Below, piece by piece: positions 38,678-48,754 of a stretch of 64,000 nucleotides of DNA (position 1 is the first letter of the stretch; each line of letters begins with the position of its first letter). The position numbers were made by a program, and so were the translations under genes. The notes beneath the pieces are model-generated. The model searched no databases. It saw only the letters and a program-made list of their open reading frames with translations, and was not told the origin of the DNA. The DNA comes from a virus. The DNA is taken from positions 112,633 to 176,632 of the IMG/VR virus record IMGVR_UViG_3300025435_001056. One strand, 5' to 3'.

Positions 38678-38690
38678 TTAGAAAGATTCT

Positions 38691-39125
38691 ATGACTACCT
38701 ATCAAATTTCATGTACTATCGGAACTACAGACCCTATTGCTAAATTGGCATTAGAAATTTGGCTTGATAATCAACAGTTATGGCATGCAGAACAAATCGC
38801 AGAACTGACATCGTTGACTTTTGATCTAGAAGAAGACGAAGACGAACACGAACTAAAATTTGTGATGAAAAATAAAGACTTGTCACATACCACGGTCGAT
38901 AGCGACGGCAATATACTGAGTGATGCTAGATTGACCGTTTCGGATCTGGCCTTTGACGAAATAAAATTGGGGCAAATTTTTATTGATCAGTCCACTTACA
39001 CTCATGATTTTAATGGTACCCAGAACAAAATTGTTGAACAATTCTACGGAGAGATGGGGTGCAACGGTACAGTAAGCCTTAAATTTACCACTCCGATCTA
39101 CCTGTGGCTGCTAGAAAAGATGTAA
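38691..39125 (+). CDS. Hypothetical protein
   Basis: 144-aa ORF ending FTTPIYLWLLEKM. Confidence 0.7.
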   Translation: MTTYQISCTIGTTDPIAKLALEIWLDNQQLWHAEQIAELTSLTFDLEEDEDEHELKFVMKNKDLSHTTVDSDGNILSDARLTVSDLAFDEIKLGQIFIDQSTYTHDFNGTQNKIVEQFYGEMGCNGTVSLKFTTPIYLWLLEKM

Positions 39126-39141
39126 TACTAAATATGTTACA

Positions 39142-39909
39142 ATGAACTATCTTGTAATCTATCCCGGACGATTTCATCCATTTCATCGAGGACATCTAGC
39201 CAGCTATGAATATTTAACCCGCAAATACGGGGCTGATAATGTGTACATTGCTACCAGTGAATTAACTGCGCCTATAACCAGCCCTTTTAGTTATAGCGAC
39301 AAGGTTTCCATGATGACCAAATTGGGTATTCCGTCTAGTCATATCGTCAAAGTGACCAATCCCTATCAGGCTACTGAAATAATCAAAGGCCTGCCCGAAG
39401 AAGAAAAGTCCAATACTGTATTGATATTTGCGGTCAGTGCCAAAGACCAAGAAGGTAAGAAACCTAGATTTACCTTTGGCACCAAGCGTAATGGCAATCC
39501 CAGCTATATGCAACCCATGCCAGACAACACCAAACAGCTTGAGCCATTAACAAAACATGCTTATGTAACTGTGGTACCAACGGTCAATTTTAAAGTACGC
39601 GGTGCCGATGCCAACAGTGCCACTGAGATTAGACAGCAGTATATCAAGGGCAATCAAGCTGATCGTGAACAAATTATACACGATCTATATGGAACTGTAG
39701 ATCCCGAGCTTAAAAATATATTTGATAAAAAATTGGGTGTTGCGGAACGAGCACAGGAATTTGTCAAAGAAGCTCGTAATATACGTACAGAAAGAAGTAT
39801 AGCTTGGCTCAAACAAGTATTGATCTTAGAACAAAAAGCGCATCCAGATCCAATGATAGAAGATCTTCGCATTGATTATATTGAAGAAAAACGGCCTAGG
39901 AAAATTTAA
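39142..39909 (+). CDS. Cytidyltransferase-like (HxGH) protein
   Basis: YPGRFHPFHRGH, SPFS, SATEIR; TAAATA 7 nt upstream. Confidence 0.8.
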   Translation: MNYLVIYPGRFHPFHRGHLASYEYLTRKYGADNVYIATSELTAPITSPFSYSDKVSMMTKLGIPSSHIVKVTNPYQATEIIKGLPEEEKSNTVLIFAVSAKDQEGKKPRFTFGTKRNGNPSYMQPMPDNTKQLEPLTKHAYVTVVPTVNFKVRGADANSATEIRQQYIKGNQADREQIIHDLYGTVDPELKNIFDKKLGVAERAQEFVKEARNIRTERSIAWLKQVLILEQKAHPDPMIEDLRIDYIEEKRPRKI

Positions 39910-39961
39910 CCTGGTGTGCTAAACTAGTGTAAATATTCGACTATTTTACACAAAGGAAATC

Positions 39962-40885
39962 ATGGCTGATCAAGACGCAGTACCTACTACACAACTACCT
40001 GAGGTGCCTCAACCACAGATTAATCAAATAACTGAAAATCCACAACCGGGTGCCAATCAAATCCAGGTCAATGTTGATTTCCTAAAGACCACTCGAGTAC
40101 ACATCTGTATGCCTTGCTATGGCGGCATGTTGACCGAAAGTTGCTTTATGAGCTACATCAAGTGGGCCAATGTTTGTCGTCAGTTGGGCATTGACTGGAC
40201 CATGGAAACCATGACCAATGAAAGCCTGATCAGCCGTGCTCGTAACACACTCACAGCCAAGTTCTTGTACAACAAAGAGTCAACACACTTGATGTTTATC
40301 GACGCCGACATCGGCTGGGAGCCATGGCATTTATTGGTCATGTTGAACCGTGATGTGGATGTTATTGGTGGACTTTACCCAATGAAATCCTTACCAGTCA
40401 AATGGTGTGTCAACGGCTTTGAAGGTGCTGAAGAAGGTCCAGATGGTCTGCAAGAAGTATCAAAAACCGGCACAGGATTCTTGTTGATCAAGCGTGGTGT
40501 ATTTGAAAAGTTGGATGCTCACCCTGCTACCAAGCCGTTCATGAACGACATTGGTTTACCTGTAGAATTAAATCCCTACATGAAGACCTACTTTGATACA
40601 GCAGTACGTGAAAATCGTTACTACTCAGAGGACTGGACATTCTGTGAAAACTGGCGTGATCTAGGCGGTAAAGTCTGGATTGACAAGCGTGTGTTACTCA
40701 AACATACCGGCACCTATGTGTTTGACTTCCAAACACAGGATCAGCTGTACAAGGATCTGCACAACTTGGCCTTGCAAAACGGTGCTGCCCTGGGTGGTGC
40801 TGTGGGAGTTGCTGCTCCGGTTGATACTGCGAAACCAGTGGAAGCTAAAGTTTTGGCATCCAGTAAAAAAAGCAAGAAAAAGTAA
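39962..40885 (+). CDS. GT-A fold glycosyltransferase-like protein
   Basis: MPCYGG, ESLISRARN, LMFIDADI (DxD), GTGFLLIKR, SEDWTFC. Confidence 0.8.
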   Translation: MADQDAVPTTQLPEVPQPQINQITENPQPGANQIQVNVDFLKTTRVHICMPCYGGMLTESCFMSYIKWANVCRQLGIDWTMETMTNESLISRARNTLTAKFLYNKESTHLMFIDADIGWEPWHLLVMLNRDVDVIGGLYPMKSLPVKWCVNGFEGAEEGPDGLQEVSKTGTGFLLIKRGVFEKLDAHPATKPFMNDIGLPVELNPYMKTYFDTAVRENRYYSEDWTFCENWRDLGGKVWIDKRVLLKHTGTYVFDFQTQDQLYKDLHNLALQNGAALGGAVGVAAPVDTAKPVEAKVLASSKKSKKK

Positions 40886-40908
40886 CAGTCACCTGACCTA
40901 AACTACAC

Positions 40909-40935
40909 AAGCCGCTATCTCAGCGGCTTTTGTTT
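40909..40935 (+). terminator. Rho-independent terminator
   Basis: AAGCCGCT-ATCTC-AGCGGCTT followed by TTGTTT. Confidence 0.75.
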
Positions 40936-40952
40936 GCCCGGTAAATACATCT

Positions 40953-43900
40953 ATGAACATTCAAGAGCTGGATTCCTACAACCTCGCAGATGCTGTCAAG
41001 TTTAATGATCATCTAAATCCTCGTTTGTGGACTGCCGACGAGCACCTACGCCCCGAAGTGCGTGAGCAACTGCTACGCATAGCTGAAGATTTTCGCGAAA
41101 GCCTGGGCATATCAGATCTAGATCTACGGGACATAACCATCAGCGGAAGCAATGCGGCCTATACCTACACACCCAATTCAGACATTGATCTACACCTGGT
41201 GGTCGATGTGCCCGACGATAAAGTTTATCGTGAACTGTTCAATGCCAAAAAGTTTCAGTACAATGAACAGCATGACATCACTATTGGCGGTGCCGATGTG
41301 GAACTGTATGTGCAAGACGACAAAGAACCACACATCAGTCAAGGGGTATATTCGGTACTCAACAACAAGTGGTTGTCAGTGCCACGCCGTGTAAAGAGTG
41401 TGGTGGATGATACCAGCACCAGAAATAAATTTGAAACAGTGGGTCATCAGATTGAACGAGCCATCCGGTCGGGCAACATAAAAAGAATGTCCCGCCTGAT
41501 TGACAAGATCAAGAAAATGCGTCAAACTGGCCTGGAAGCACACGGAGAATTTGGTCCTGAAAACCTGGTATTCAAAATGCTACGCACACAGGGCAAGATC
41601 AAACAACTGTATGATGCTCGTACAGCGGCCAAGGATCGTGAGCTGAGTCTTAAGGAAAAAGCTCCGGTTAAGTTGCCAAAACTGACCTGGGGATTCAAGA
41701 CACCTAGAGTCATGGAAACAGCACCGGCTACAGAACTTGAGCAACCAAAACTGTCTGAAGAAGATATCTTGCGAGACTTTATACACTTCTGTGTCAAAGA
41801 ATTAAAAATTGATCGTTTGCCTACCATCAAGTTGCGTAAAGATCCACAGTGGCCTGTGGTGAACAAGACCTTTGGCCGTTACACCAATGATCGACATCTA
41901 CTGGAAGTGGCCTGGGGTGGTCGCCACATCATGGATGTGCTACGCACAGTGGCACATGAACTCACACACAAACATCAGCACGAGCGCGATGGTGCCCGTA
42001 TGGGAGCCACAGCCGGCGAAACCGGCAGTCCTTGGGAAAATGAAGCCAATGCTAGAGCCGGCATACTCATGCGTGACTATGCTAGACTGCACCCTGACTA
42101 TTTTGCCATAGGGCAAGCACATGACTTGACCGAAGCCACCGGATACATACCCACAGCGGCCGAAGCTGATGATCCACGCTTTAAGATGGCCTTGACTCGG
42201 GATGTGCGTCCGGGTGCTATAGGTCGTGCGGCCAATGCTTTCTTGTTGGACACAGATGCACAGGGTCATCCGCAGGAACTGAGACCCGATGGACTGGTAC
42301 ACCGTATGATGGCCGAATACCATCAGTTCAAAAAGAAAAATCGTCTGAGTGAAACAGTAGAGCTGGACGAAGTCAAAATGAGTCCCAGCAGTTTGATGAA
42401 GTGGGCCGGTAGTCCTGAAGCTCAGGGTATCCGTGCCGGCTTTGAAGCCGAGTTGATATTCCGTGACACAGCCAGTGAAGATTCAGATTACGATCAAGAA
42501 CCCGATTATGATCAGGACGAGCGTTGCCGTAGCATAGATCAAGTGGTGGACTTTTTCCAAACGGATGATTATGGTTATGGTATCAGTGATCGCCAGGCTG
42601 AACGCTTGCGTGAGGGCCTAGACGAACAATACTACGAGTGGCACGATGAGCGAATGTACGCCGCTTGGAAAGACGAGCAGGACGAGCTGATTAAAGAAGC
42701 CTGGTTAGAAGACAAGCCCATGACGGAACGCATACATGCGGCCTTAGTTGATGGGTTGGAATTGACCGATGAAGAAGCCGATGCGGTTGAAGCCTTGCAT
42801 GCCCAGCGTGAAAAGGGTGAAATCAAAGGTTCAGACATGTCAGAAGAACAGTTGGACATGGTTGCAAAGTATAGCGAAGCTCGTAGCATTGCCGAAGATG
42901 TGTTAGAAGAAGATGTGGAACAAACCATAGCCAAGCAAGATGGTTTCTATGACAGTGTGTTGGACAGCTTCCGTGATAACTTTTACATAGATGACGACCG
43001 CGGATTTTTTGACGATGTAGGACTACGCTGGATGAGCGATGTGTCAAACGAATATGATTTGGGCTGGCCCTACATGTCCGGTGGTGGCAACGGCGGATCG
43101 AGAGATCCTGAAGAAATTGGCGACAGTTTGAGCAAGGCCGTTGGCATGCAGGTCAAAGTAAGTAGCGGGTATCATCAGGCCACTCGTAAGCCAGACCTGT
43201 GGATCCTAGAACCTGACTCGAGTCTGGAACCCGACGATCGTGAAGACTATGGACTCGAAATAGTAAGTCCACCCCTGCCCTTGTTGACTACACTAGAAAA
43301 ACTACAACAAGTGGTTGACTGGGCCAACAGCGGTACAGGTGATGCCTATACCAACAGTTCAACTGGCCTACACATGGGCGTAAGCGTGCCTCACAAGGGC
43401 GGTGATGTAGACTATGTTAAACTGATCCTGTTCATGGGTGACGAACATGTGTTGCAACAGTTTGGTCGTGAAAGCAGTGTGTACTGCAAGAGTGCCCTGG
43501 CCAAGTTCCGAGAGAATATCAAGGGTGGCCGTGCGGATCCCATGGGCGTGATCAAATACATGCAATCGGGCTTGCTAGAACTGGCACACAAGGACATACA
43601 AAAAGGTGTAGGCACCGGCAAGTATACAAGTGCGCACATACAGGATGGTTATATAGAATTCAGATCACCCGGTGGTGATTGGTTGTCCGAAGCTAGAGCC
43701 CTGTCAGAAGATGCCAACAGCGCCAACATATTACAAAATACCATGTTGCGTTTTGCTCGTGCCATGCAGATTGCCTCTGACCCTAGTGCCGAACGCCAGG
43801 AGTATGCCAAAAAGCTGTACAAGCTAGTTGCTCCCGAAGGTGATGATCCTAGCCTGGCTCTGTTTGCTCGATACTCCGCAGGCGATATCGACAAAGAACA

Positions 43901-45308
43901 ACTAAAGAAACAGTGGGCTGAAAAGACCTTGGGCACTGAAAAGAAAATTAATCAGCGTTGGAAACTGTATCAAAACGTCAACGGACGTTGGGAACCGGTT
44001 CCGGCAGCTGAGTGGAACGGCTACACTGAAGATCAGGTAAAAAATGCTGTGTGGAGCCGTTATGGTCGTGAAGCTCTTGACACTGGTGAATACCAATTGG
44101 TCAACATGGGCGAACAAGACTGGGAAGTGTATGATGTCAAGACCGGCAAGACCTTGGAAATAGTCAAGGGCAAGAGCAAGGGCGAAGTGGCCGATGCGGT
44201 GTATGACAAGTATGTGGATCAGGGTATTGGCTTTCAGGTGCGTCCGTGGGAAGATCCTGCCAAGATGTCACCCCGAGCAAAACTGGCTAAACGAATAGTT
44301 AAACCCGCGGACAAAAAAGACTGGGACGTTGTTTACAAACCAACTGGTCGTGTAATTGATAGTATACTACGTGTTGACAAAGATGAAGCCAAAAGATTAT
44401 TGGGACACGTGGCCGCGTTACACGACTTTGAAAATGCCGACGATTTAGAAATTCGTCCGCAAGATGTAAAACGGGCCGCTGACAATCGCCAAGACAGCAA
44501 AAGATTAGGGGCTACCTTGGGCGTCAATAATGTGGAACCCGATGTGGCACAAAACTTTGATCAACCTCAGGATGCTACCAACAGGGTAGGTTCTTGGAGC
44601 ATATACGATGTTACCCTAGGACGTGAGCTCAGCAGAATGGACAATGTTCCTTGGTCTCAGGCTGATGCTCGTGCTAACGAAATTGAACGCGGCACTGGAC
44701 ACAACATATCAGTGCGTGGTTTGTCAGAAACGATGGTAGAAAGCCTACCTGCCAAAAATCTCAATCAGTTATACAAGATCAAACAGCAGTTGGCCAATCC
44801 GGCCATGACCACGGCAGAGCCTGAGCCAACGGCCAAACCAGCCGTTGCCAAACCAGCCCAACCCAGACTACATGCCGCTCTAACAGATCTACAGCGCCAG
44901 CGTGAAAAGATACAACGCATCCTGGATCTCAAACAGGAGATAGAAACACTTACAGCCCGTGCTGGTCGCACACGCTACGGAATCACTCCAGGCCTGGCCG
45001 CTGATATCGAAGACATATACCCCAATCCTGCCACCGAAAAGGACATGGATGCGGCCATATCCGGTTATCAAACCCAGTTGAAAAAACTGCAGGATTATAT
45101 TGCTCGTCAACGTAGAGTATTTCCCAAGGAAGATGTTGCGGAAAACTTTGCCGATGGTCGAGGTCCAGGTCGCCCAGGAGACAGCGTTCGTCATGGAATA
45201 CCCAAAGGTGCTACCATGGCTGAATTAGAAAAGGCCAGTCATGCCAAGGGTAGAAAAGGGCAATTGGCCCGTTGGCAGTTAAATATGCGTAGAGGAAAAA
45301 AGAAATGA
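40953..45308 (+). CDS. Large multidomain polyprotein: Pol-beta-type nucleotidyltransferase, HExxH metallopeptidase, amidoligase-like domain, short repeats
   Basis: ISGSNA..SDIDLH..VELY; VAHELTH..WENEANA; GFEAE..EIVSPP..STGLHMGVS..IEFRSPG; W.VYD..TG repeats; TAAATA 5 nt upstream. Confidence 0.8.
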   Translation: MNIQELDSYNLADAVKFNDHLNPRLWTADEHLRPEVREQLLRIAEDFRESLGISDLDLRDITISGSNAAYTYTPNSDIDLHLVVDVPDDKVYRELFNAKKFQYNEQHDITIGGADVELYVQDDKEPHISQGVYSVLNNKWLSVPRRVKSVVDDTSTRNKFETVGHQIERAIRSGNIKRMSRLIDKIKKMRQTGLEAHGEFGPENLVFKMLRTQGKIKQLYDARTAAKDRELSLKEKAPVKLPKLTWGFKTPRVMETAPATELEQPKLSEEDILRDFIHFCVKELKIDRLPTIKLRKDPQWPVVNKTFGRYTNDRHLLEVAWGGRHIMDVLRTVAHELTHKHQHERDGARMGATAGETGSPWENEANARAGILMRDYARLHPDYFAIGQAHDLTEATGYIPTAAEADDPRFKMALTRDVRPGAIGRAANAFLLDTDAQGHPQELRPDGLVHRMMAEYHQFKKKNRLSETVELDEVKMSPSSLMKWAGSPEAQGIRAGFEAELIFRDTASEDSDYDQEPDYDQDERCRSIDQVVDFFQTDDYGYGISDRQAERLREGLDEQYYEWHDERMYAAWKDEQDELIKEAWLEDKPMTERIHAALVDGLELTDEEADAVEALHAQREKGEIKGSDMSEEQLDMVAKYSEARSIAEDVLEEDVEQTIAKQDGFYDSVLDSFRDNFYIDDDRGFFDDVGLRWMSDVSNEYDLGWPYMSGGGNGGSRDPEEIGDSLSKAVGMQVKVSSGYHQATRKPDLWILEPDSSLEPDDREDYGLEIVSPPLPLLTTLEKLQQVVDWANSGTGDAYTNSSTGLHMGVSVPHKGGDVDYVKLILFMGDEHVLQQFGRESSVYCKSALAKFRENIKGGRADPMGVIKYMQSGLLELAHKDIQKGVGTGKYTSAHIQDGYIEFRSPGGDWLSEARALSEDANSANILQNTMLRFARAMQIASDPSAERQEYAKKLYKLVAPEGDDPSLALFARYSAGDIDKEQLKKQWAEKTLGTEKKINQRWKLYQNVNGRWEPVPAAEWNGYTEDQVKNAVWSRYGREALDTGEYQLVNMGEQDWEVYDVKTGKTLEIVKGKSKGEVADAVYDKYVDQGIGFQVRPWEDPAKMSPRAKLAKRIVKPADKKDWDVVYKPTGRVIDSILRVDKDEAKRLLGHVAALHDFENADDLEIRPQDVKRAADNRQDSKRLGATLGVNNVEPDVAQNFDQPQDATNRVGSWSIYDVTLGRELSRMDNVPWSQADARANEIERGTGHNISVRGLSETMVESLPAKNLNQLYKIKQQLANPAMTTAEPEPTAKPAVAKPAQPRLHAALTDLQRQREKIQRILDLKQEIETLTARAGRTRYGITPGLAADIEDIYPNPATEKDMDAAISGYQTQLKKLQDYIARQRRVFPKEDVAENFADGRGPGRPGDSVRHGIPKGATMAELEKASHAKGRKGQLARWQLNMRRGKKK

Positions 45309-46267
45309 AAGCTAACGAATTTGTCACTGAAAAGTGGAGTCAAAAATACAAGAACAGTATCAACTGTAGCCACCCTAAGGGGTTTAGCCAACGTGCTCAT
45401 TGTGCTGGCAAGAAGAAGCACAACGAAAGCCATGAGTTAATGGAAATGACATGCCCAGACTGTGGCATGTGCCAAACACACGGCAACTTAAATGAAATCA
45501 AAAAAGGTCAAAAAGATGCCAACGGTTACACTCGTTGCTGGCCTGGTCGACATGCCGAAGGTACCAAGCGTGGTAAAAACGGCGGACAAGTTCGCAACTG
45601 TGTGCCCAACGAAAGTGTGGCAGAAGGCGAAGGTCGCGTAGATCCTATCCTGATCAAAGCACTCAACCGCATGCCCGACGGTTTGGCAACTCATCGTGAA
45701 GTGCTGGATGCCGCCTATGACGCTTATGCCATGGAACTGGGCAAGATGGCCATGCGAAGCGAGTATGGTGTAACCAACCGTTATATTCCACAACTCTTGA
45801 GCCTTTACAAAGACAAACACGGTTTAACTTTTAACGAAGAACAAGAAGAACTTGCAGAAGAGTTTGATCTGATCGAGTCAATCATTGAAGACTTGGCCGC
45901 AAGCAATGGAGTTGATAGTGAAGTGATCTGGGAAGATTTAGAGAGCTTGGACGATGATGAGCTGTATGTGTTTGCTACCACCAGCACCATTATGGAAACT
46001 GAAGCCTGGCAAAAGGCCAATAATCGAGATAGAACCAACGGCATGAGTCGTAAGGCAGTAAAAGCCTATCGCAGAGAACATCCTGGGTCAAAACTACAAA
46101 CAGCAGTGACTACTAAACCTTCAAAATTGAAAAAAGGTAGCAAGGCCTCCAAGCGTCGTAAGAGCTACTGCTCAAGATCAAAAGGCCAAATGAAAATGCA
46201 CAATATCTCGTGTGCCAAAACTCCAGATAAAGCTATCTGTAAAGCACGTCGTCGCTGGAATTGCTGA
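45305..46267 (+). CDS. Modular basic/Cys-rich protein (putative internal head protein)
   Basis: MKANEFVTE followed by KWSQKYKNSINCSHPKGFSQRAHC, CWPG..NCVP and YCSRSKGQM..ARRRWNC modules. Confidence 0.7.
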   Translation: MKANEFVTEKWSQKYKNSINCSHPKGFSQRAHCAGKKKHNESHELMEMTCPDCGMCQTHGNLNEIKKGQKDANGYTRCWPGRHAEGTKRGKNGGQVRNCVPNESVAEGEGRVDPILIKALNRMPDGLATHREVLDAAYDAYAMELGKMAMRSEYGVTNRYIPQLLSLYKDKHGLTFNEEQEELAEEFDLIESIIEDLAASNGVDSEVIWEDLESLDDDELYVFATTSTIMETEAWQKANNRDRTNGMSRKAVKAYRREHPGSKLQTAVTTKPSKLKKGSKASKRRKSYCSRSKGQMKMHNISCAKTPDKAICKARRRWNC

Positions 46268-46521
46268 TGCGTTTGAGAGAGTTTGCTCCTGGAGCCGGTG
46301 ACGGCCGTAACGAGCCCAACGAAGAAGAAGTGCTTCGCAAGTTGGCCGCACAGTGGTGGCACGGCGATGAAGATCCGCGTGCTGAACGTGCCTTGTCCGC
46401 CCTGGGTTGGACCATAGGACAAAACGAAAGCGATGACGAAGACGGTGTGTTTGTTGTGCGTATTGGCGACATCAACGGCGACAGTTACATATCCTTTCCA
46501 GAAAGCGAATTGGATTTATGA
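46267..46521 (+). CDS. Small protein paralogous to the N-terminal module of the 46518 protein
   Basis: MRLREF..LAAQWW..LSALGWTIGQ; TGATG overlap. Confidence 0.7.
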   Translation: MRLREFAPGAGDGRNEPNEEEVLRKLAAQWWHGDEDPRAERALSALGWTIGQNESDDEDGVFVVRIGDINGDSYISFPESELDL

Positions 46522-48380
46522 GATTAAGAGAGTTTGTAACTAACCCAGATCCGTGGAATGGTGGCGAGGATGATGAAGTACCAGATCATCTGTATCGTTT
46601 GGCCAATCTATGGTGGAACTCTGCTGATCCGCAAGAACAACAAGCCTATGCTCGTGAATTGGCCGCACTTGGCTGGACTATTCAACAGGTAGATTATGAT
46701 TATGTCCAGCTCAAGAATCGCGCAGGTCAAGAGTATACTATCAGTGACAGCGGCTTTGATCCCGATCTAGATGAAGTTGTAAATCCTAACCTGCGACCCG
46801 GCTGGGAACGCCGGGAACACCGCGGTGGATTGGATCTCTTGGCTTCTTACAATGAACCCAACGGTCAGCGGGTGCTCAGCATCTTGGCCTATGATCGCGG
46901 CGGTAGAGAAATAGGCAATGCACACTTTGAAGTCATAAACGATCATTTGGAAAGTTTTGACACCTATGTGCGGCCCGACATGCGCCATCAGGGCATAGCC
47001 ACTGTGATGTATGACTATGCGCAAGAGCTGGGCAATGATCTCAAGCCCAGCGGCTATCAAACTCGTGCTGGCAAGCGGTTCTGGCGAGCCCGTCAGCAAC
47101 CACAACAGGTGGCCGAAATCAGTGACGAACTACGCCGTAGCTATTTAGATCGTGCTGGTCGTCATGTGGATCGTCGTATGGATCACATGGCTCGTGTGCG
47201 TGATAAACTCAATAAAGGTTATGAAATCTACCATGCAGATCGTCCTGCAGGAAGCTCACAGATAGTGGATCGCTTTGAAGCTGATACTCCTGCGGAAGCC
47301 AGACGCTATTATGAACAGTATATTCAGAACTATGAAAGTGATCGAGACTTTGATCTACGCCTACGCCGTGCTACAGGTATCATGGAATTATTTGATCGTC
47401 CTGTTAAACATGAGCCTACTACTAGCCGCACACGCCAGCGTTTTAAGACTGATGTTGATGGACATGAAATTCAAGTACACTTTAATCCCAAAGGTGATCA
47501 ACTTGAAGTCGACTTCTATGTAGATGGTCGTGGCTTTGCTGTACAAAACACAGTTAAAAATCCACGCGAAGTGTTCAGTGCCGCGGTACGCACAATCATG
47601 GATAGATTGCCCGAAGCCATTGCATATTACAAACCCAAAACAGTTTGGTACAAGTCCGTAGGCCTTGATAAATCTCGTGTCAGCCTGTATAAAAAGTTGT
47701 TAGATGTATTTCAACAATCTCTAGGCCCAGACTGGACAGCAAAAACATTTCCAAAAGAGGGCTGGCAATTTTACACTTTGACTCGCAATAAGCTAGATGA
47801 AATAGCCCGCATACCACAGGGTGACTACGGAGACGAAGGAACCTTGGCCGGCGATGTGCCTAGAGTCAAGCGAAAACCCTTGCCCGGCGGAAGCGGATAC
47901 ACTTACGGGGTAAACAAAAAAGATCCTGAATACATGGAAATCATGATATTCGATGAGGATAAACTGGTAGCCGAAATGGATCTGTCTCATACCAGAGATC
48001 CACTCAAAACCTGGCAAGTAGAAAATGTGGCCACCGATCCAGCTTATCGTGGTCAGGGCTTGGGCAAAGCACTCTACGGTATCGCTCTTAGTATTTTAAA
48101 ACTCACAGTAGAAGCCGGCGAAACACAAACTAAACACGGACAGAGAATGTGGATTATGTTAAACTCAATCCCTGGAGTTGAAGTACAAGGCTATGCCATG
48201 GAACCCACAGCGGAATATCGTGCTAGACCCGGGGATGAAGTTGTAGATCAAAACAAAACTTGGACTCGTTATACATTTCCTGTAGAACCCGGACAGCGCA
48301 GCATGCGTAGCACCCGTCGTGGAACAGGCATTTATAGTAGCCACTATGTGAGCATGATAGCTAGGTGGACCGGCGCATGA
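46518..48380 (+). CDS. Multidomain protein with two GNAT acetyltransferase domains
   Basis: VRPDMRHQGIATVMY and TDPAYRGQGLGKALY acetyl-CoA binding motifs. Confidence 0.8.
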   Translation: MRLREFVTNPDPWNGGEDDEVPDHLYRLANLWWNSADPQEQQAYARELAALGWTIQQVDYDYVQLKNRAGQEYTISDSGFDPDLDEVVNPNLRPGWERREHRGGLDLLASYNEPNGQRVLSILAYDRGGREIGNAHFEVINDHLESFDTYVRPDMRHQGIATVMYDYAQELGNDLKPSGYQTRAGKRFWRARQQPQQVAEISDELRRSYLDRAGRHVDRRMDHMARVRDKLNKGYEIYHADRPAGSSQIVDRFEADTPAEARRYYEQYIQNYESDRDFDLRLRRATGIMELFDRPVKHEPTTSRTRQRFKTDVDGHEIQVHFNPKGDQLEVDFYVDGRGFAVQNTVKNPREVFSAAVRTIMDRLPEAIAYYKPKTVWYKSVGLDKSRVSLYKKLLDVFQQSLGPDWTAKTFPKEGWQFYTLTRNKLDEIARIPQGDYGDEGTLAGDVPRVKRKPLPGGSGYTYGVNKKDPEYMEIMIFDEDKLVAEMDLSHTRDPLKTWQVENVATDPAYRGQGLGKALYGIALSILKLTVEAGETQTKHGQRMWIMLNSIPGVEVQGYAMEPTAEYRARPGDEVVDQNKTWTRYTFPVEPGQRSMRSTRRGTGIYSSHYVSMIARWTGA

Positions 48381-48736
48381 AGGCTGAAGAACTAGATACG
48401 GTACCAGCTGAAGATGTCCTAGTGTATGTGCAGAGCATACATCACGATTTTAATCTTCCCGATACAATTTTAACTCATCCGCGCTGGCGCAAGACTCGTG
48501 TGCCTTTGAATCGCCTGCATATTCCAGATCCAGAATCGGGCGAAGATCTAGCGGATCCTTACAATCGTGTACAAATGATCGACATGCATCATGTAGCCGA
48601 AATAACTCGACGCGATATAGAACGACGTCCTATTGTAGTCGATGACAATCGACACATAATTGACGGCAATCATCGTGCTTTAGCCGCTAGACTAGGCGGT
48701 CTTTTTGATATTCCAGCCTATATACCTGTAAAATAA
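48377..48736 (+). CDS. ParB/Srx-like N-terminal domain protein
   Basis: PIVVD..IIDGNHRALAA..IPAY. Confidence 0.75.
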   Translation: MKAEELDTVPAEDVLVYVQSIHHDFNLPDTILTHPRWRKTRVPLNRLHIPDPESGEDLADPYNRVQMIDMHHVAEITRRDIERRPIVVDDNRHIIDGNHRALAARLGGLFDIPAYIPVK

Positions 48737-48754
48737 ATGGCCGCTAAATACAGT

